Below are positions 1 through 12,063 of a stretch of 64,000 nt of DNA, one piece after another; within the stretch, counting starts at the first letter, position 1, and the number at the start of each line of letters is the position of its first letter. The stretch is from Octopus sinensis (taxonomy: Eukaryota), in assembly GCF_006345805.1 (NCBI RefSeq), contig NC_043002.1:49104001-49168000 (forward strand), given 5' to 3'. Position numbers and translations under genes: made by a program. The notes under the pieces are model-generated. The model was not told where the DNA came from. It was given only the letters and a program-made list of their open reading frames with translations, and did no database searches.

Positions 1-197
1 ACATTGCCTCTACAAATTCATTAATTCCATTACACATTGGCTCAAGTAAGCTTTATTAAATTGTGATTTGTAATGCGTTTGATCATAAGGTAGCTTAATC
101 AAGATTGAGCTGGGTTAAATAACAAGATCTACAACAACCATATAGATATTTCCCATAAATCCTGTACAAGTACAGATTCAGTTACACCTTACGATAA

Positions 198-649
198 TCT
201 TATAATAATTCTGCTTGTCAGTCCGTTACTTAGCCTGTCCGTAACGCTTCCACGTGATTAGCTGAAAGTGGGAGGATGTGGGGATGAATGAAATGTATAA
301 CTTTTTTTAACCAACTTATTTTTCTCCGTTACTTAAACCGTTTGTAACGCTTTCGCGTGATTAGTTGAAGGGAAAGGCGAAGAGCATAAGAAAAAGGAGA
401 AAGAGGAGAGTATAGCAAAGAGTGAGAAAGGGGATGAATGTTGTGTATTAAGTCTATAAAATTGTGCATAAAGTTGATTAAGTAATCATCGTATTCCAAC
501 TTTCTTCACTTTTCAATAATTAGCAGATGAACGACTATCTTTTGATACAGACACAACTCAGGTATACATTCAGGATTTTGGATAAAGTTTTCAAATATAA
601 CGCAATAAGTTTACCATTAATTCCGTGAAATATTCACGGGTCACGCTAG
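198..649 (+). mobile_element. Non-autonomous Helitron-like element with both termini
   Basis: Starts A|TC (TCTTATAATAAT at 198). Ends with hairpin CCGTGAA-ATA-TTCACGG (623-639), a short spacer and CTAG|T (646-650). Internal ~45-bp imperfect direct repeat (~223-268 / ~326-372). Confidence 0.65.
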
Positions 650-708
650 TAACTATTTTTTAGTAAAATTAAGTAAAGTTAGTAACTATTAAGTAAAGTT
701 AGTAACTA

Positions 709-923
709 GGCGTAGGAGTTGGTGTGTGGTAAGTAGCTTGCTTACGAACCACATGGTTCCGGGTTCAGTCCCACTGCGTGGCACCTTGGGCAAGTGTCTT
801 CTACTATTGCCTTGAGCCGACCAAAGCTTTGTGAGTGGATTTGGTAGACGGAAACTGAAAGAAGCCCGTCGTATATATGTGTCTATCTATCTATCTATCT
901 ATATATCTATCTATCTATCTATC

Positions 924-956
<33 letters not shown>

Positions 957-1147
957 CTGTGTTTGTGCCCCCAACATCGCTTGACAACCGATGCTGGTGT
1001 GTTTAAATCCCCGTGACTTATCGGTTCGGCATAAGAGACCGATAGAACAAGTACTAGGCTTATAAAGAATAAGTCCTGGGGTTGATTTGCTTGACTAAAG
1101 GCAGTGCTCCAGCATGGCCACAGCCAAATGACTGAAACGAGTAAAAG
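709..1147 (+). mobile_element. tRNA-derived SINE, family A (head + internal microsatellite + tail module)
   Basis: A-box-like TGGTGTGTGG and B-box-like GGTTCAGTCCC. Body and tail recur in many copies in this window. Flanked by AGTAACTA at 701-708 and 1148-1155 (putative TSD). Confidence 0.85.
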
Positions 1148-1259
1148 AGTAACTATGATTAAATCAATAGCTAAGATTAAGACAATTTCCATCATTAAGA
1201 TAATAACTAGGATTAAGATAAAAAATTAGAAGTAAGGCAATAAATATGATTAAGACAAA

Positions 1260-1546
1260 AACTGGCACTCCATCGGTTACGACGAAAATTGTTCCGGGAC
1301 AGTTTGCTCGTGAAATTAACGTGCAAGTGGCTGAGCACTCTGCAGACACGTATTTCTCCGGGAGATTTAGCGTAACACAGATTGTGAAAAGGTTGATCCT
1401 ATGAATTACAGATAGTACTCATTTTTCCAGCTCAGTGTACTGGAGCAACATGAAATAAAAGTGTCACGCTCAAGATCAATATGCACCGCCAGGAATCGAA
1501 TTCACGACCTTATTGTGAGCTGAATACCTTAACCACTAAGCCACGC
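1260..1546 (-). mobile_element. tRNA-derived SINE, family D
   Basis: Minus strand reads GCGTGGCTTAGTGGTTAAGG...GAATTCGATTCC then ...GAGTGCTCAGCCACTTGCACGTTAATTTC; related to copies at ~18045 and 25192. Confidence 0.75.
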
Positions 1547-1830
1547 AAAATATTAGGATTAAAACCACAGATATGTGTGATGACCGATCAATAACTTTGT
1601 AAATAAACTTTAAAGAAATAACATTGAAAAAATATTCTTTACTGCAAGACATTTGGTGTTCAAATAAGAATGATCAAAGGAAGAAAAAATAATATACTCT
1701 TGCCAAAAACACGTTTACCTATAACTATACAGGAATTCTATGAGGAACAGCGCAGAAATGTTAGCAACAAACAAAATATCAAGCATGAGCTTCTCTGAAA
1801 ATGCATTTGACCATACAGAATAATAATAAT

Positions 1831-2044
1831 CTTTTCTGCTATAGGCACAAGTTCTGAAATTTTAGGGAAGGGAAATGGTTGATTAAATCGACCCTAATAC
1901 TCAACTGGTACTTATTTTAACAATTCCAAAAGGTCGAAAGGCAAAGTCGACCGCGGGTGGAATTTGAACTTAGAACGTAAAACTAGAAGAAATGCCGTTA
2001 AGCAGTTTGTCTGGTATCTTAACGGTTCTGCTTGATCACCGCCT
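1831..2044 (-). mobile_element. tRNA-derived SINE, family B
   Basis: Contains GTTCTAAGTTCAAATTCC B-box region and ACTTTGCCTTTCGACC...AAGTACCAGTTGAG core; ends in an (ATT)n tail. Confidence 0.8.
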
Positions 2045-2055
2045 CATTAATAATA

Positions 2056-2565
2056 ATATGGTTGGAAGTGTTATCATGTACATTGTTTTGTCTTGGTATA
2101 AAAGATGGGCTACAGCAAATATTCTGTTCAATACCACAGATTTGCTTGTAATTTGTTTGACCATATCCAGTTGAGCATGTCCCTTAGTGACTGACGATAG
2201 GTGTATCTCTGACCACGAGCAGAAGTAGTGGGGGAGCATCATAGCCGTGTGTTGAGAGTGATTCTTTGGGGTTTGAATAATTCACCTCTGGAAACATGGG
2301 TGTTTCGTTCAACATCCTTAAACAGTCCTTATTCAGGGACCTTTTGAGCGGGATGGATTACTCGACCAGAAGAAAATTCTAACTAGGCCCCACCGGCAAG
2401 GTCATGTGCTGTTTATCTTGATATGAGATCACCATGTCGCGCACATATGGCTGTGATTCATATGCCTGGTGTACCCTTATCAGACGGCTAGTCATGATGG
2501 GTATATGGGGCTTCGTATATTTTACCCCAGTGTCACTTTGATGGCATGCACTACTCTCTCACTCA
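2056..2565. repeat. Unclassified ~510-bp interspersed repeat in TAA-rich context
   Basis: Higher-GC island bounded by TAA/AATAA runs. I recall this sequence as recurrent in Octopus assemblies; this is unverified and there is no second copy in the window. Confidence 0.4.
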
Positions 2566-2605
2566 ATAAAAATTAAAAAAATAAAATAAAATAAAAATAA
2601 TAATA

Positions 2606-2747
2606 GTAGAAAGTCCGCCTCTGGGGTCAGGAAAGGTTTTAAGCACTTGAAAGACTATACAAAGCTTGTGGATACCTAAAGTTACAGATAGTAACCCGCT
2701 ATCTAAATAAATTCTACTGGGAATAACAACGGCCCTGAGTCAAGCCA
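2606..2747 (+). mobile_element. Possible extreme 3' end + UTR of R4/Dong-like LINE
   Basis: ...RKSA / LGSGKVLST* resembles the C-terminal 'QKSALLGT..ILRKVL*' motif of R4-clade ORFs; followed by a short UTR and (AAT)n. Confidence 0.35.
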
Positions 2748-2760
2748 ATAATAATAATAA

Positions 2761-2958
2761 TGATTTCACACTTTGACACAAGGCCAGCAATTTTAGGGGT
2801 TGGGTAAGTCAATTAAATTAACCCCAGTGCTTAAGTGGCACTTATTTTATCGACCTCAAAAGGATAGAAGGTAAAGTCGACCTCGGCGGCATTTGAACTC
2901 AGAACGTATAGATGGACGAAATACCGCTAAGCATTTTGTCCGACGCAGATCGCCACCT
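2761..2958 (-). mobile_element. SINE family B
   Basis: Matches family B copies; (ATT)n tail on one side, (AAC)n on the other. Confidence 0.8.
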
Positions 2959-3339
2959 CAACAACAATAACAACAGCAACAGTAGTAGTAGTAGTGAAAC
3001 GATTGAAATTGTGATGTTTTTGTTACTAAATGTTCACCTTCGTAAAAGTTTAGAACTTGCTTACAAATTCACTATCAAAGAAAGGATATTTCTAACTGTT
3101 AACCATTTTCGAGAGATTGGAATTTGGGGCAATAGGTTGATACTTGACAGGGTTGGAGAGGTTTCTTCTTTTGAGGATGGAACACACGTTATCCATTGAC
3201 TGTAGTAGATGACCACAGATAGGTAGGGAGGTAGGTAGATAAATAGACATATAGATAGATACACAGACAGAGGGATAAATGAATACATACATACAAACGT
3301 ATATATATAGTAGAGAAAGAGAGAGAGATTAAGATAGAG

Positions 3340-3353
3340 ACTGAGAATGAGGC

Positions 3354-3388
<35 letters not shown>

Positions 3389-3644
3389 TAGATAGATAGA
3401 TAGATAGATATACGTACGTATATATACATATATATACATATATATATATTATATATATATATATATATATAGATAGATAGATATACATACTATATATATA
3501 CATATATATATATACACATACATATATATATATATACATACGTATATATACACACACACACCATGTTTTTGTGTCGTCTTCTAAATGTTTCACGTTCTTG
3601 TCCCAGTTTGTATATTTTTTTACTTTTACACACACACACACAAA

Positions 3645-3675
<31 letters not shown>

Positions 3676-3710
3676 ATATACATACATATACATATACATA
3701 CATACATAAA

Positions 3711-3751
<41 letters not shown>

Positions 3752-3784
3752 CATACATATATATATATATACATACATAAATGA

Positions 3785-3815
<31 letters not shown>

Positions 3816-3894
3816 AAAATTATTAGAAGAATCAGTTTATTAGACGAAGTCGAATAAATGTCATCAAATAGATGGAAAAGGTTTTGATGATAAT

Positions 3895-3945
<51 letters not shown>

Positions 3946-3971
3946 CATACATATACATATACATACATAAA

Positions 3972-4011
<40 letters not shown>

Positions 4012-4261
4012 CATACATATATATACATATACATACATACATAAATGAATATATATATATATATATATATATACATAAAAATTATTAGAAGAATCAGTTT
4101 ATTAGACGAAGTCGAATAAATGTCATCAAATAGATGGAAAAGGTTTTGATGATAATACACACACACACACACAACATACATATATAGTGTTTATTAAACA
4201 ATATTTATCTTTCACCAGATGGACTACTTTTTATTGATCTTACCACCACGGAACAGTACAC

Positions 4262-4300
<39 letters not shown>
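3340..4300. repeat. Compound (TA)n/(GATA)n/(CATA)n microsatellite field with ~260-bp tandem duplication
   Basis: The unique 82-bp core AAAATTATTAGAAGAATCAG...GATGATAATAC occurs twice (~3816-3897, ~4077-4158). Confidence 0.9.
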
Positions 4301-4308
<8 letters not shown>

Positions 4309-4433
4309 GAAGAAATTGGAATCAACAAGGAGTACGGTTGGACGTCAAACCGTATCCCATCTTGTTGACTCCAATTTCTTTAATTTTATATTCACACACG
4401 ACGAATGCCCAAACGCAAACTTGGAAGTATGTA

Positions 4434-4497
<64 letters not shown>

Positions 4498-4500
4498 ACT
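4434..4500 (+). repeat. (TAC)n/(TGC)n compound microsatellite
   Basis: Direct reading. Confidence 0.95.
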
Positions 4501-4612
4501 ACTGGATAGCACAGGGTTATTCTGAAAATGGATAAGTTTTATACTGTATTCTACTACGTTCTTAACGGAATATACCATAACTATAGACGTACACACATAC
4601 ACACACATATAT

Positions 4613-4668
<56 letters not shown>

Positions 4669-5149
4669 AGGGGTTGAAGTGCTTAGTAAGGACAAGAGGT
4701 AGCTTGAATTACACTGTTACAGGATGATGATGGGGTCACAGTCAAAATCTATCTTTTTATTGGGTTAACTTCACTAGAGATGTTTTGTACTTGGAGATTA
4801 TGGCCGCGATGTCGGAATATAGTGGATAATCCGGACAAGAGAGCTGAGTTATAAATAGAGGTCGAAACAATGATGTTTCTTAGAGGGATAATATATGTGA
4901 TTTATGTGTTGCAAGAAGGTAATAACTGAAATCGAAGTTGGTGCGAATTCAGTGGGCGATTGTGTATATCAAAGAAAATTGTCCAGCCGAGATATTGCTA
5001 TTTGCTGTGAAAGAGAATGTTCTCAGAAGCTCATGGGATGTTACTAATAATACATCATTTTTTTCTGATTGGTTCAACTGGAAATCAATGAATTGAGTGA
5101 TCTTCTTGATATCAGCTTTCGTTTCGGTTGGGTACAGCTTATGAAGCAA

Positions 5150-5520
5150 GCGAGAAACATATATAATTATGCACCAATAGATAAGGCAGCCAACTTTAGC
5201 GTTATCTACGGTTTATACTATCAGGTATAGGACATCCGCTAGTAAACCTTTCATTCGATAGTTTCTCACAATCAATAACTCAATTTAGAGGAAGGTGCAT
5301 CTGGAAGCAGCATGGAAGAAAATACTACTTTACATTCAAATTGAGTTTGATCTGAATGCTTCCAAAAGAGTAAACGCCAAAGATATTCTAGAACCAGATA
5401 TCGATCAAGTCCGGCAGAATAATCATAAGACATGTTCTAGTAACAATTTTTTAGAACACAAAACGGAAAACATCAATGCAATGCTTCAAAGAAAAGAATG
5501 GGAAATGATCAATAGATAAT
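5150..5520 (+). pseudogene. Possible decayed Penelope-like RT N-terminal fragment
   Basis: Frame gives YAPIDKAANFSVIYGLYYQV*, resembling the 'PIDKAANN..IC..YY' motif of PLE RTs; the rest is broken by stops. Confidence 0.3.
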
Positions 5521-5695
5521 AACTTAGCGGTTCGGCAAAAGGGGCCAACAGAATAAGTACCAGACTTTAAAAAAGAAAAATTAGTGCGCGACTAAAACAA
5601 AATTAAAACTGGGGTTTATTTGTTCGACTTAGTAGGTCAAAGCAGAACCCCAGCATGGCCGCAGTTCAATGACTGAACAAGTAAAAAATAAAAGA
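5515..5695 (+). mobile_element. SINE family A tail fragment
   Basis: AACTTAGCGGTTCGGCAAAA...CCCAGCATGGCCGCAG matches the family A tail. Confidence 0.7.
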
Positions 5696-6308
5696 CAGAT
5701 CAAATTAAATAGAATGGTTTTCAGAGTAAAGAAGGCTATCCACGAGGTCTTTCAATGAATTCTGCTGGATGCTTTGAGAGGCTGAAGATAGTTTTAAAGC
5801 TAGTCAGATGAAGTGCGCAGTAGAAAGCTATACGGGTTTCAACACTCAACATTTTCTCACAAGGCTCACAGAACCCAAGAATGAATGTCAAACAATCTTT
5901 GCTATAATATAATACCAAACGGTGGCCTCCAAACTCGTAAGATTTAAATCCCATGGACTAAATCTTAAGAGCGTCGCTGAAAGGGAGATTAATCGACAGC
6001 CTTCACTAAAGACCACCGATATCCAGATAATGTCCGAAGTGTATAAGGACAATTTAGTGAAGGCATGTCAACAATTGCCGTCCCACATCGAAGGACCCAT
6101 GGAAGATAAAGACGAGTTCATAAAATAATCTTAAGAAAGATTATCGAAAGCATGCGATATAAATATTTTTATTAAAATGCATTTTGATTTTTACTGCACT
6201 AGAGTTGTTTTGAACTACCAACTATATCTGCAAGTATCTCTCTCACCTCTCTCTTTCTCTCTCTCCCTCCTTCTCCCTCTCTCTCTCTATATTATATATA
6301 CATACATA

Positions 6309-6355
<47 letters not shown>

Positions 6356-6373
6356 TATATTACATATATATAC

Positions 6374-6425
<52 letters not shown>

Positions 6426-6438
6426 ATATATATATATA

Positions 6439-6471
<33 letters not shown>

Positions 6472-6483
<12 letters not shown>

Positions 6484-6684
6484 GTCTGTGATTGCTTGCT
6501 TGCATGCTTGTCTGTAATTAATACAGCCAAACTGGCGTATAGCGGAAAAATACTCTGAAAAATAGGAGTACAAACGAATAAAACAAGTTTCGCGTAAATC
6601 GGACCATGGGTTCCCGAGATACGTAGTTTTTTTTGTACCTTGAACTATTAGTGACACAACGGATCACGGGTAGTCTAGTCTAGT
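6472..6684 (+). mobile_element. Short Helitron-like (HINE-type) element, degenerate
   Basis: Starts in (TA)n with TACTAAAAGTCTGTG...TGTCTGT and ends CACGGGTAGTCTAGTCTAGT; the terminal hairpin is weak. Confidence 0.35.
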
Positions 6685-6887
6685 ATATATATATATTTAA
6701 GTAGATGAATGAATTATCCTAGTATTGATAATTCGGTTAATCGATACCTGGGTAGCAAATTCACGTCAGTAAAACACGGTTGAAGTTACATGCTAAGGGC
6801 CGAACCCCGTGTTCGTGTGTGGAAATTTGTGTATTTTTATATGAATAAATGAAAAGAATGGAGTTGAACGAATATTTTAACAAAATT

Positions 6888-6982
6888 CCTTTACTTTCGA
6901 CATATGTTTCGAAGACTGCATACTCTTAATTCCGAAGGAATGAAGGTTGCATTATGCCGTTTTCTCATCAGGAAATACAAGG
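6888..6982 (-). ncRNA. Mirror-image minimal hammerhead ribozyme
   Basis: Reverse-complement copy of 7086-7180 in the left arm of the palindrome. Confidence 0.75.
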
Positions 6983-7085
6983 AACCTCTATCAGCCTCAA
7001 GACGAACAAAAGCTTCTTACCGTCTGCCTGAAACCATGTAGGCATACGGTAAGAAGCTTTTGTTCGTCTTGAGGCTGATAGAGGT

Positions 7086-7180
7086 CCTTGTATTTCCTGA
7101 TGAGAAAACGGCATAATGCAACCTTCATTCCTTCGGAATTAAGAGTATGCAGTCTTCGAAACATATGTCGAAAGTAAAGG
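7086..7180 (+). ncRNA. Minimal type I hammerhead ribozyme (PLE-type)
   Basis: Stem I CCTTGTATTTC/GAAAGTAAAGG, core CTGATGA (7097-7103), stem II GAAAAC/GTCTTC plus GCATA/TATGC, GAAAC (7158-7162), palindromic stem III ACATATGT, GTC cleavage triplet (7167-7169). Confidence 0.75.
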
Positions 7181-7221
7181 AATTTTGTTAAAATATTCGT
7201 TCAACTCCTTTCTTTTCATTA

Positions 7222-7269
<48 letters not shown>

Positions 7270-7869
7270 GTTACATATGTATATGTATATAATATATATT
7301 ACACATATATATATACATATATACATATATATATACATATATACATATATATATATATACATATATACATATATATAACATATATATATATACATATATA
7401 CATATATATATACATATATACATATATATATACATATATATATACACACACATATAATTATATATATATATATATATACATGTATACATATTAATATATA
7501 TCTATATATACGTATATATACATGCATATATACATTATACATATATATATAACACACATATATATATATATATATATTATACATGTATACATATTAATAT
7601 ATACCTATATATACGTATATATACATGCATATATATATATATACATGCATATTAATATATACCTATATATACATATATATACATGCATATATATATATAC
7701 ATGCATATATATATATATATATATAAATATATATATATATATGTGTGTGTGTGTGTATGAAGAGAGAGAGAGAGAGAGAGAAAGAAAGAGAGCAAAGCCC
7801 TTTATTTCATGTTGCTCTGCATACATTTCATCTGACATGTGGCACACGGTTCACCTGTAAAAGTAATGT

Positions 7870-7995
7870 CTATTTGATGGAAGGAGTGAGCTTATGTGAA
7901 CACAAACATTTGATCGCGATAAACAAATCATCTGTGTGGTTGTTCGACAAGCAGTTGCCTAACCCTCATACGTCGTCTAACGACGGGAGAGGCCC
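7870..7995 (-). repeat. Unclassified interspersed repeat (second copy ~51745-51870, +)
   Basis: TCTCCCGT..TTAGACGAC..ATGA.GGTT.GGCAA...GCGATCAAATGTTTGTG..CACATAAGCTCACTCC is shared by both copies. Confidence 0.7.
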
Positions 7996-7996
7996 G

Positions 7997-8045
<49 letters not shown>

Positions 8046-8341
8046 CGTGTGTGTGTGTGTGAGAGAGAGAGAGTTTGAATAGGAACACAGCGACCTCGAA
8101 CCCACAAGAGTAAACAAGAGAGATAGAGACAGGCAGAAACAAGGAAAATGCCACTTGTATTTGAATACTATGCAAATATTCCTTTAAAAAACTTTTCTAT
8201 TAATTTTTCCAAAATTTAATTTGTTTCCTATACTTACAGTTGAAAAAGTCTCAATGACTGAAACCAGTACTGAAATGTTTTTTATAAAATTATTGTAGCA
8301 TTTTCTATCTTGACTTTTTTCCACATACATACATACATACA

Positions 8342-8372
<31 letters not shown>

Positions 8373-8441
8373 TCTTACACGAATGTGTGTATATACATAT
8401 ATATGTTTATACACACACACACACACATATTTAGATATATA

Positions 8442-8650
8442 TAGGGATGGCTGTATAGTAAGAAGTTTGCTTCCTAATCACATGGTTCCGTGTTCAGTTC
8501 CACTCCGTGACTCCCTGGGCAAGTGTCTTCGATTATAGTCTTGGCCGACCAAAGCCTTGTGAGTTGATCTGGTCGACAGAAACTGAAAGTAGCCCGTTGT
8601 GTATACCTGTATATTAGTGTTGTGCAGGATTGGGACAAGCAAATGAATTA
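8442..8650 (+). mobile_element. SINE family A, diverged
   Basis: GGCTGTATAGTAAGAAG...CCAAAGCCTTGTGAG...GAAACTGAAAG. Confidence 0.75.
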
Positions 8651-8699
8651 CTATGTCGCATGTCTCTATGAGTTTTCTTTGGTAGATCATTGACATGAC

Positions 8700-9175
8700 C
8701 AATTCTTTCTAACCTGTATTCTTTATCCGAGTGATTTCTCAAACGGTAACGTTGTGGTGGTATACGTTCTGTATCGCAATTGTAGGAATTACCAGTGTTG
8801 CTTAAGCTTGCATCTTGTATATATTGAATTCTATCACGGTACCCAACCTGAGCAAGAGTATCATTATAATAAGATGCATGAAATTCGAAAATTTTTCTGG
8901 TAGCAGATAACCTAGAAATTCTAGTAGAAATATTCTTAACTAGTCCCCATATAACCGAGGGTGGATGGTTGGATGCTACGTTAATGTACTTAATATGATC
9001 ATTCGGTTTATGAAATGGTTCAATAATCCAAAATCAAGACAAAAGGTAGCGTCAAGAAAATTCACTCTACGATAATCCTTACCTATAGTAATATTTAGTC
9101 CTAAATTTTCGAAAAATCTAAAGTAATTTTTCCTATGCCTTTCTAACTGTACTTTACTACTTCTGTCTAGAAAAA
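8700..9175 (-). pseudogene. Penelope-like element reverse transcriptase C-terminal/thumb fragment
   Basis: Translates ..QLERHRKNYFRFFENLGLNITI..VNFLDATFCL.. then, after a frameshift, KYINVASNHPPSVIWGLVKNISTRISRLSATRKIFEFHASYYNDTLAQVGY. These are the typical PLE 'VNFLD(V)T' and 'YI..SNHP' motifs. Confidence 0.85.
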
Positions 9176-9242
9176 AATGAGGCGTCATCCCTATATAGGA
9201 AAGGAAGACTGGATTAATGAAAGGATCTATCTATCTAATCTC

Positions 9243-9354
<112 letters not shown>

Positions 9355-10766
9355 TGGACTTTATGTTCGTAACAAGGCCTTGAAATATGCGCGTGTGTTT
9401 GCAAGTGCATATCATTTATAAATATACACATATGTATACAAATATATTATGTGTATGTATATTATATATGTGTGTGTGTATATGTATGTATGTATGTATA
9501 CATACGCACAAATATACGTACATACTTACATAAACAGACACATATGTGTTGAAGCGAGTTTGTACATAAGCACCTCTAGAAATGTACACCCGCGCCTTTG
9601 ATTGAGAATTCTTGACGACAAGCTAAGACATGTGTTATTGTGTAATTGAGGCACGAGGCACAAAACGCTACATAAACGATATTCCCTGAGCTGTCAACGG
9701 TTATCGACTGCTGAACGGTAGGGTAACTGTTGGCACATTTAAAAGTAGCAATTAAATAAGATGCACATGGGATATACAGAAGCCATCTGCTTCTCGGATT
9801 AGAAGGGTGACTGACTAGAGCATGATGTCTGGAGATATGGATAGCAACTTGTAAGTGATTCAATGTCATGCCGATAAGTTCTTGAAGTAGAATGTGGGGG
9901 GAACAGTTATCCTATCCGAACTCTATCCGATCTGTATGTTATTAAAACAGCGCAATACTTTAATGCTTTATTATATTTCCCTATTTCCCATATTTCTCTC
10001 ACACATATAGTTCTCTCACACTCTCTCTCATCCCCCTCTCTCACACACACTCTCTTTCTCATCCCCCTTCTCTCACCCTCTTTCTTTTTCTCAGCAAAAA
10101 GACTATGTCAGGAATTCTTTATCTGGAAACGGCTAGTTAAGTTTTAACTGCTTTTGATCTTTCCGCTTCGTTTTTAGTATATCATGCACAATTTGTAAGA
10201 TATAAGTTATCTTAGATATGTTATTTTACTTTTTTATTCACTAGTATCTAATCAAATGTATTTCTCTTAATTACCTGACCATTCTTTAAAGATAATTCGA
10301 AATATACATACTTATAATTATATAGACACAAATACTCACACGCGTGTGTTTGTGTTTGTGTGTGTGTGTGTACGTGTGTGTATGTGTGTATTTAAGTTTA
10401 GTTAAAATGACATCTGGTTATTTGGCTGACTAATAAACATCTTAAATTTTAATTTCAAATCATATCACATTTTTAACGGTGCTTCCGAAGAGCAAAAAAA
10501 TAAAGGAAACAAAAGAAACGAAAACTTTATGCGTGAATTAGTTATTGCTATTAACTTGACTAATTGGACTATAGCCAAAGATAACCTAACTTGTTTTCTA
10601 CTAACAGATGTCGAATGCAAAACGATCCTTCACACACACACACAATATATATATATATATATATGAAATTCCTCAAGGCGGTGCCCCAGCTTGGCTTCTG
10701 TCTGATGACTAAAACAAGAAATATATTATATTATATTATATTATATTATATTATATTATATATATA

Positions 10767-10818
<52 letters not shown>

Positions 10819-10819
10819 T

Positions 10820-11123
10820 GGAGGCGCAATGGCCTAGTGGTTAGGGCAGCAGACTCGCGGTCGCAGGATCGCGGTTTCGATTCCCAGACCGGGCGCTGTG
10901 TGTGTTTATTGAGCGAAAACACCTAAAAGCTCCACGAGGCTCCGGCAGGGGGTGGTGATCCCTGCTGTACTCTTTCACCACTCTTTTTCCCACTCTTTCT
11001 TCTGTTGGCCTGCTCGCCTAGCCAGCGGGGTGGCGTCATTTGAAGGCTAAAACAATGCGAACGCATTGTGACCAGCGATGTGTAACAACATCTGATGGTC
11101 TGGTCGGTCACGTGATCACGTGA
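10820..11123 (+). mobile_element. tRNA-derived SINE, family C
   Basis: A box TGGCCTAGTGG and B box GGTTTCGATTCC; inserted in (TG)n/(TA)n; head shared with the 27960 copy. Confidence 0.85.
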
Positions 11124-12019
11124 TATATATATATATATTGTGTGTGAGTGTATGCATGTATATGTCTGTGAGTATATTTATGTATATTTATATATATGTA
11201 TAAATATATGTATATATATATATATGTATTAACAGCAATGGAATGACAAAATGTTTAGCTCAAAATGCTTTGTAATAATAGTTCCGGCTCTTTACAGTCT
11301 AATTTCAAATCTTCCCAACTTAGCTTTGTCCTCTATACTCCGGAATCAATAAATAAAGTGCCATTTAAAAACTATTGTTGATATAATCGATTATATATCT
11401 CTAAATTTCAGGATCTCTATTATTCTCTCTCTCTCTCTCTCTCTTTTTCTTTCGTGGGGGTGGGGTGGGGGTGGGGCAAACGACCAAAATTCGAGGAATC
11501 TTATATTATTTGTAGCCTTTATCTGCTTCTTATAGGTTTACCGTTCCAAAGCAAGAATAATTTCACATTCCCTCAAAGCTATAAATTCAACTTTATATAT
11601 GTATATAGGACTGGGATCTTATTTAAAAGTATTTGGGTTGCTTCACGCCTTCATGGTTGGCTGATTCACCCCATCTCGGTTAGTTGATTCACGCCAACTT
11701 GGTTGGCATTTGTCAGATGACGTTAGAGATAAAGGGGGAGAAAAATGACATTCGCTTCGTTAAATTTTACGTCGAGAAAAGAACATTGGGACAAATTGGC
11801 CAACAGTTGGAATTCAGCTTGGGACTGGAACAATAGAATTGATTGCATTACAGAATTAATTCTCATCCGTACTTAACCTCAGATCAAACACCACTGGGGC
11901 ATATCGTCATTATAAACGTATTATAGTCATGCTATTTAACTCTATTTAAGTTTGTGCTGCAGGCCCAAATCGCCTTCCGATGGAGCTAGCTTAAAAGCCC
12001 GCCGGGACTGCGTCTTTTA

Positions 12020-12024
12020 AGCTA

Positions 12025-12063
<39 letters not shown>

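Larger units (their letters stand above)
6839..7226. repeat. Long near-perfect inverted repeat (~185-190-bp arms, 10-22-nt loop), PLE pLTR-like
   Basis: Left arm ends ...CTTACCGT (7023) and right arm starts ACGGTAAG (7046); only a few mismatches/indels by eye. Confidence 0.95.

Noticed and set aside
9576-9869. 97-aa ORF in a GC-richer island
   Set aside because: No motif recognised; may be an unclassified TE remnant.
10820-10895. tRNA-like sequences with A/B boxes (also 709, 18394, 25192, 27960)
   Set aside because: No complete cloverleaf/acceptor stem, and each continues into a SINE body; not called as tRNA genes.
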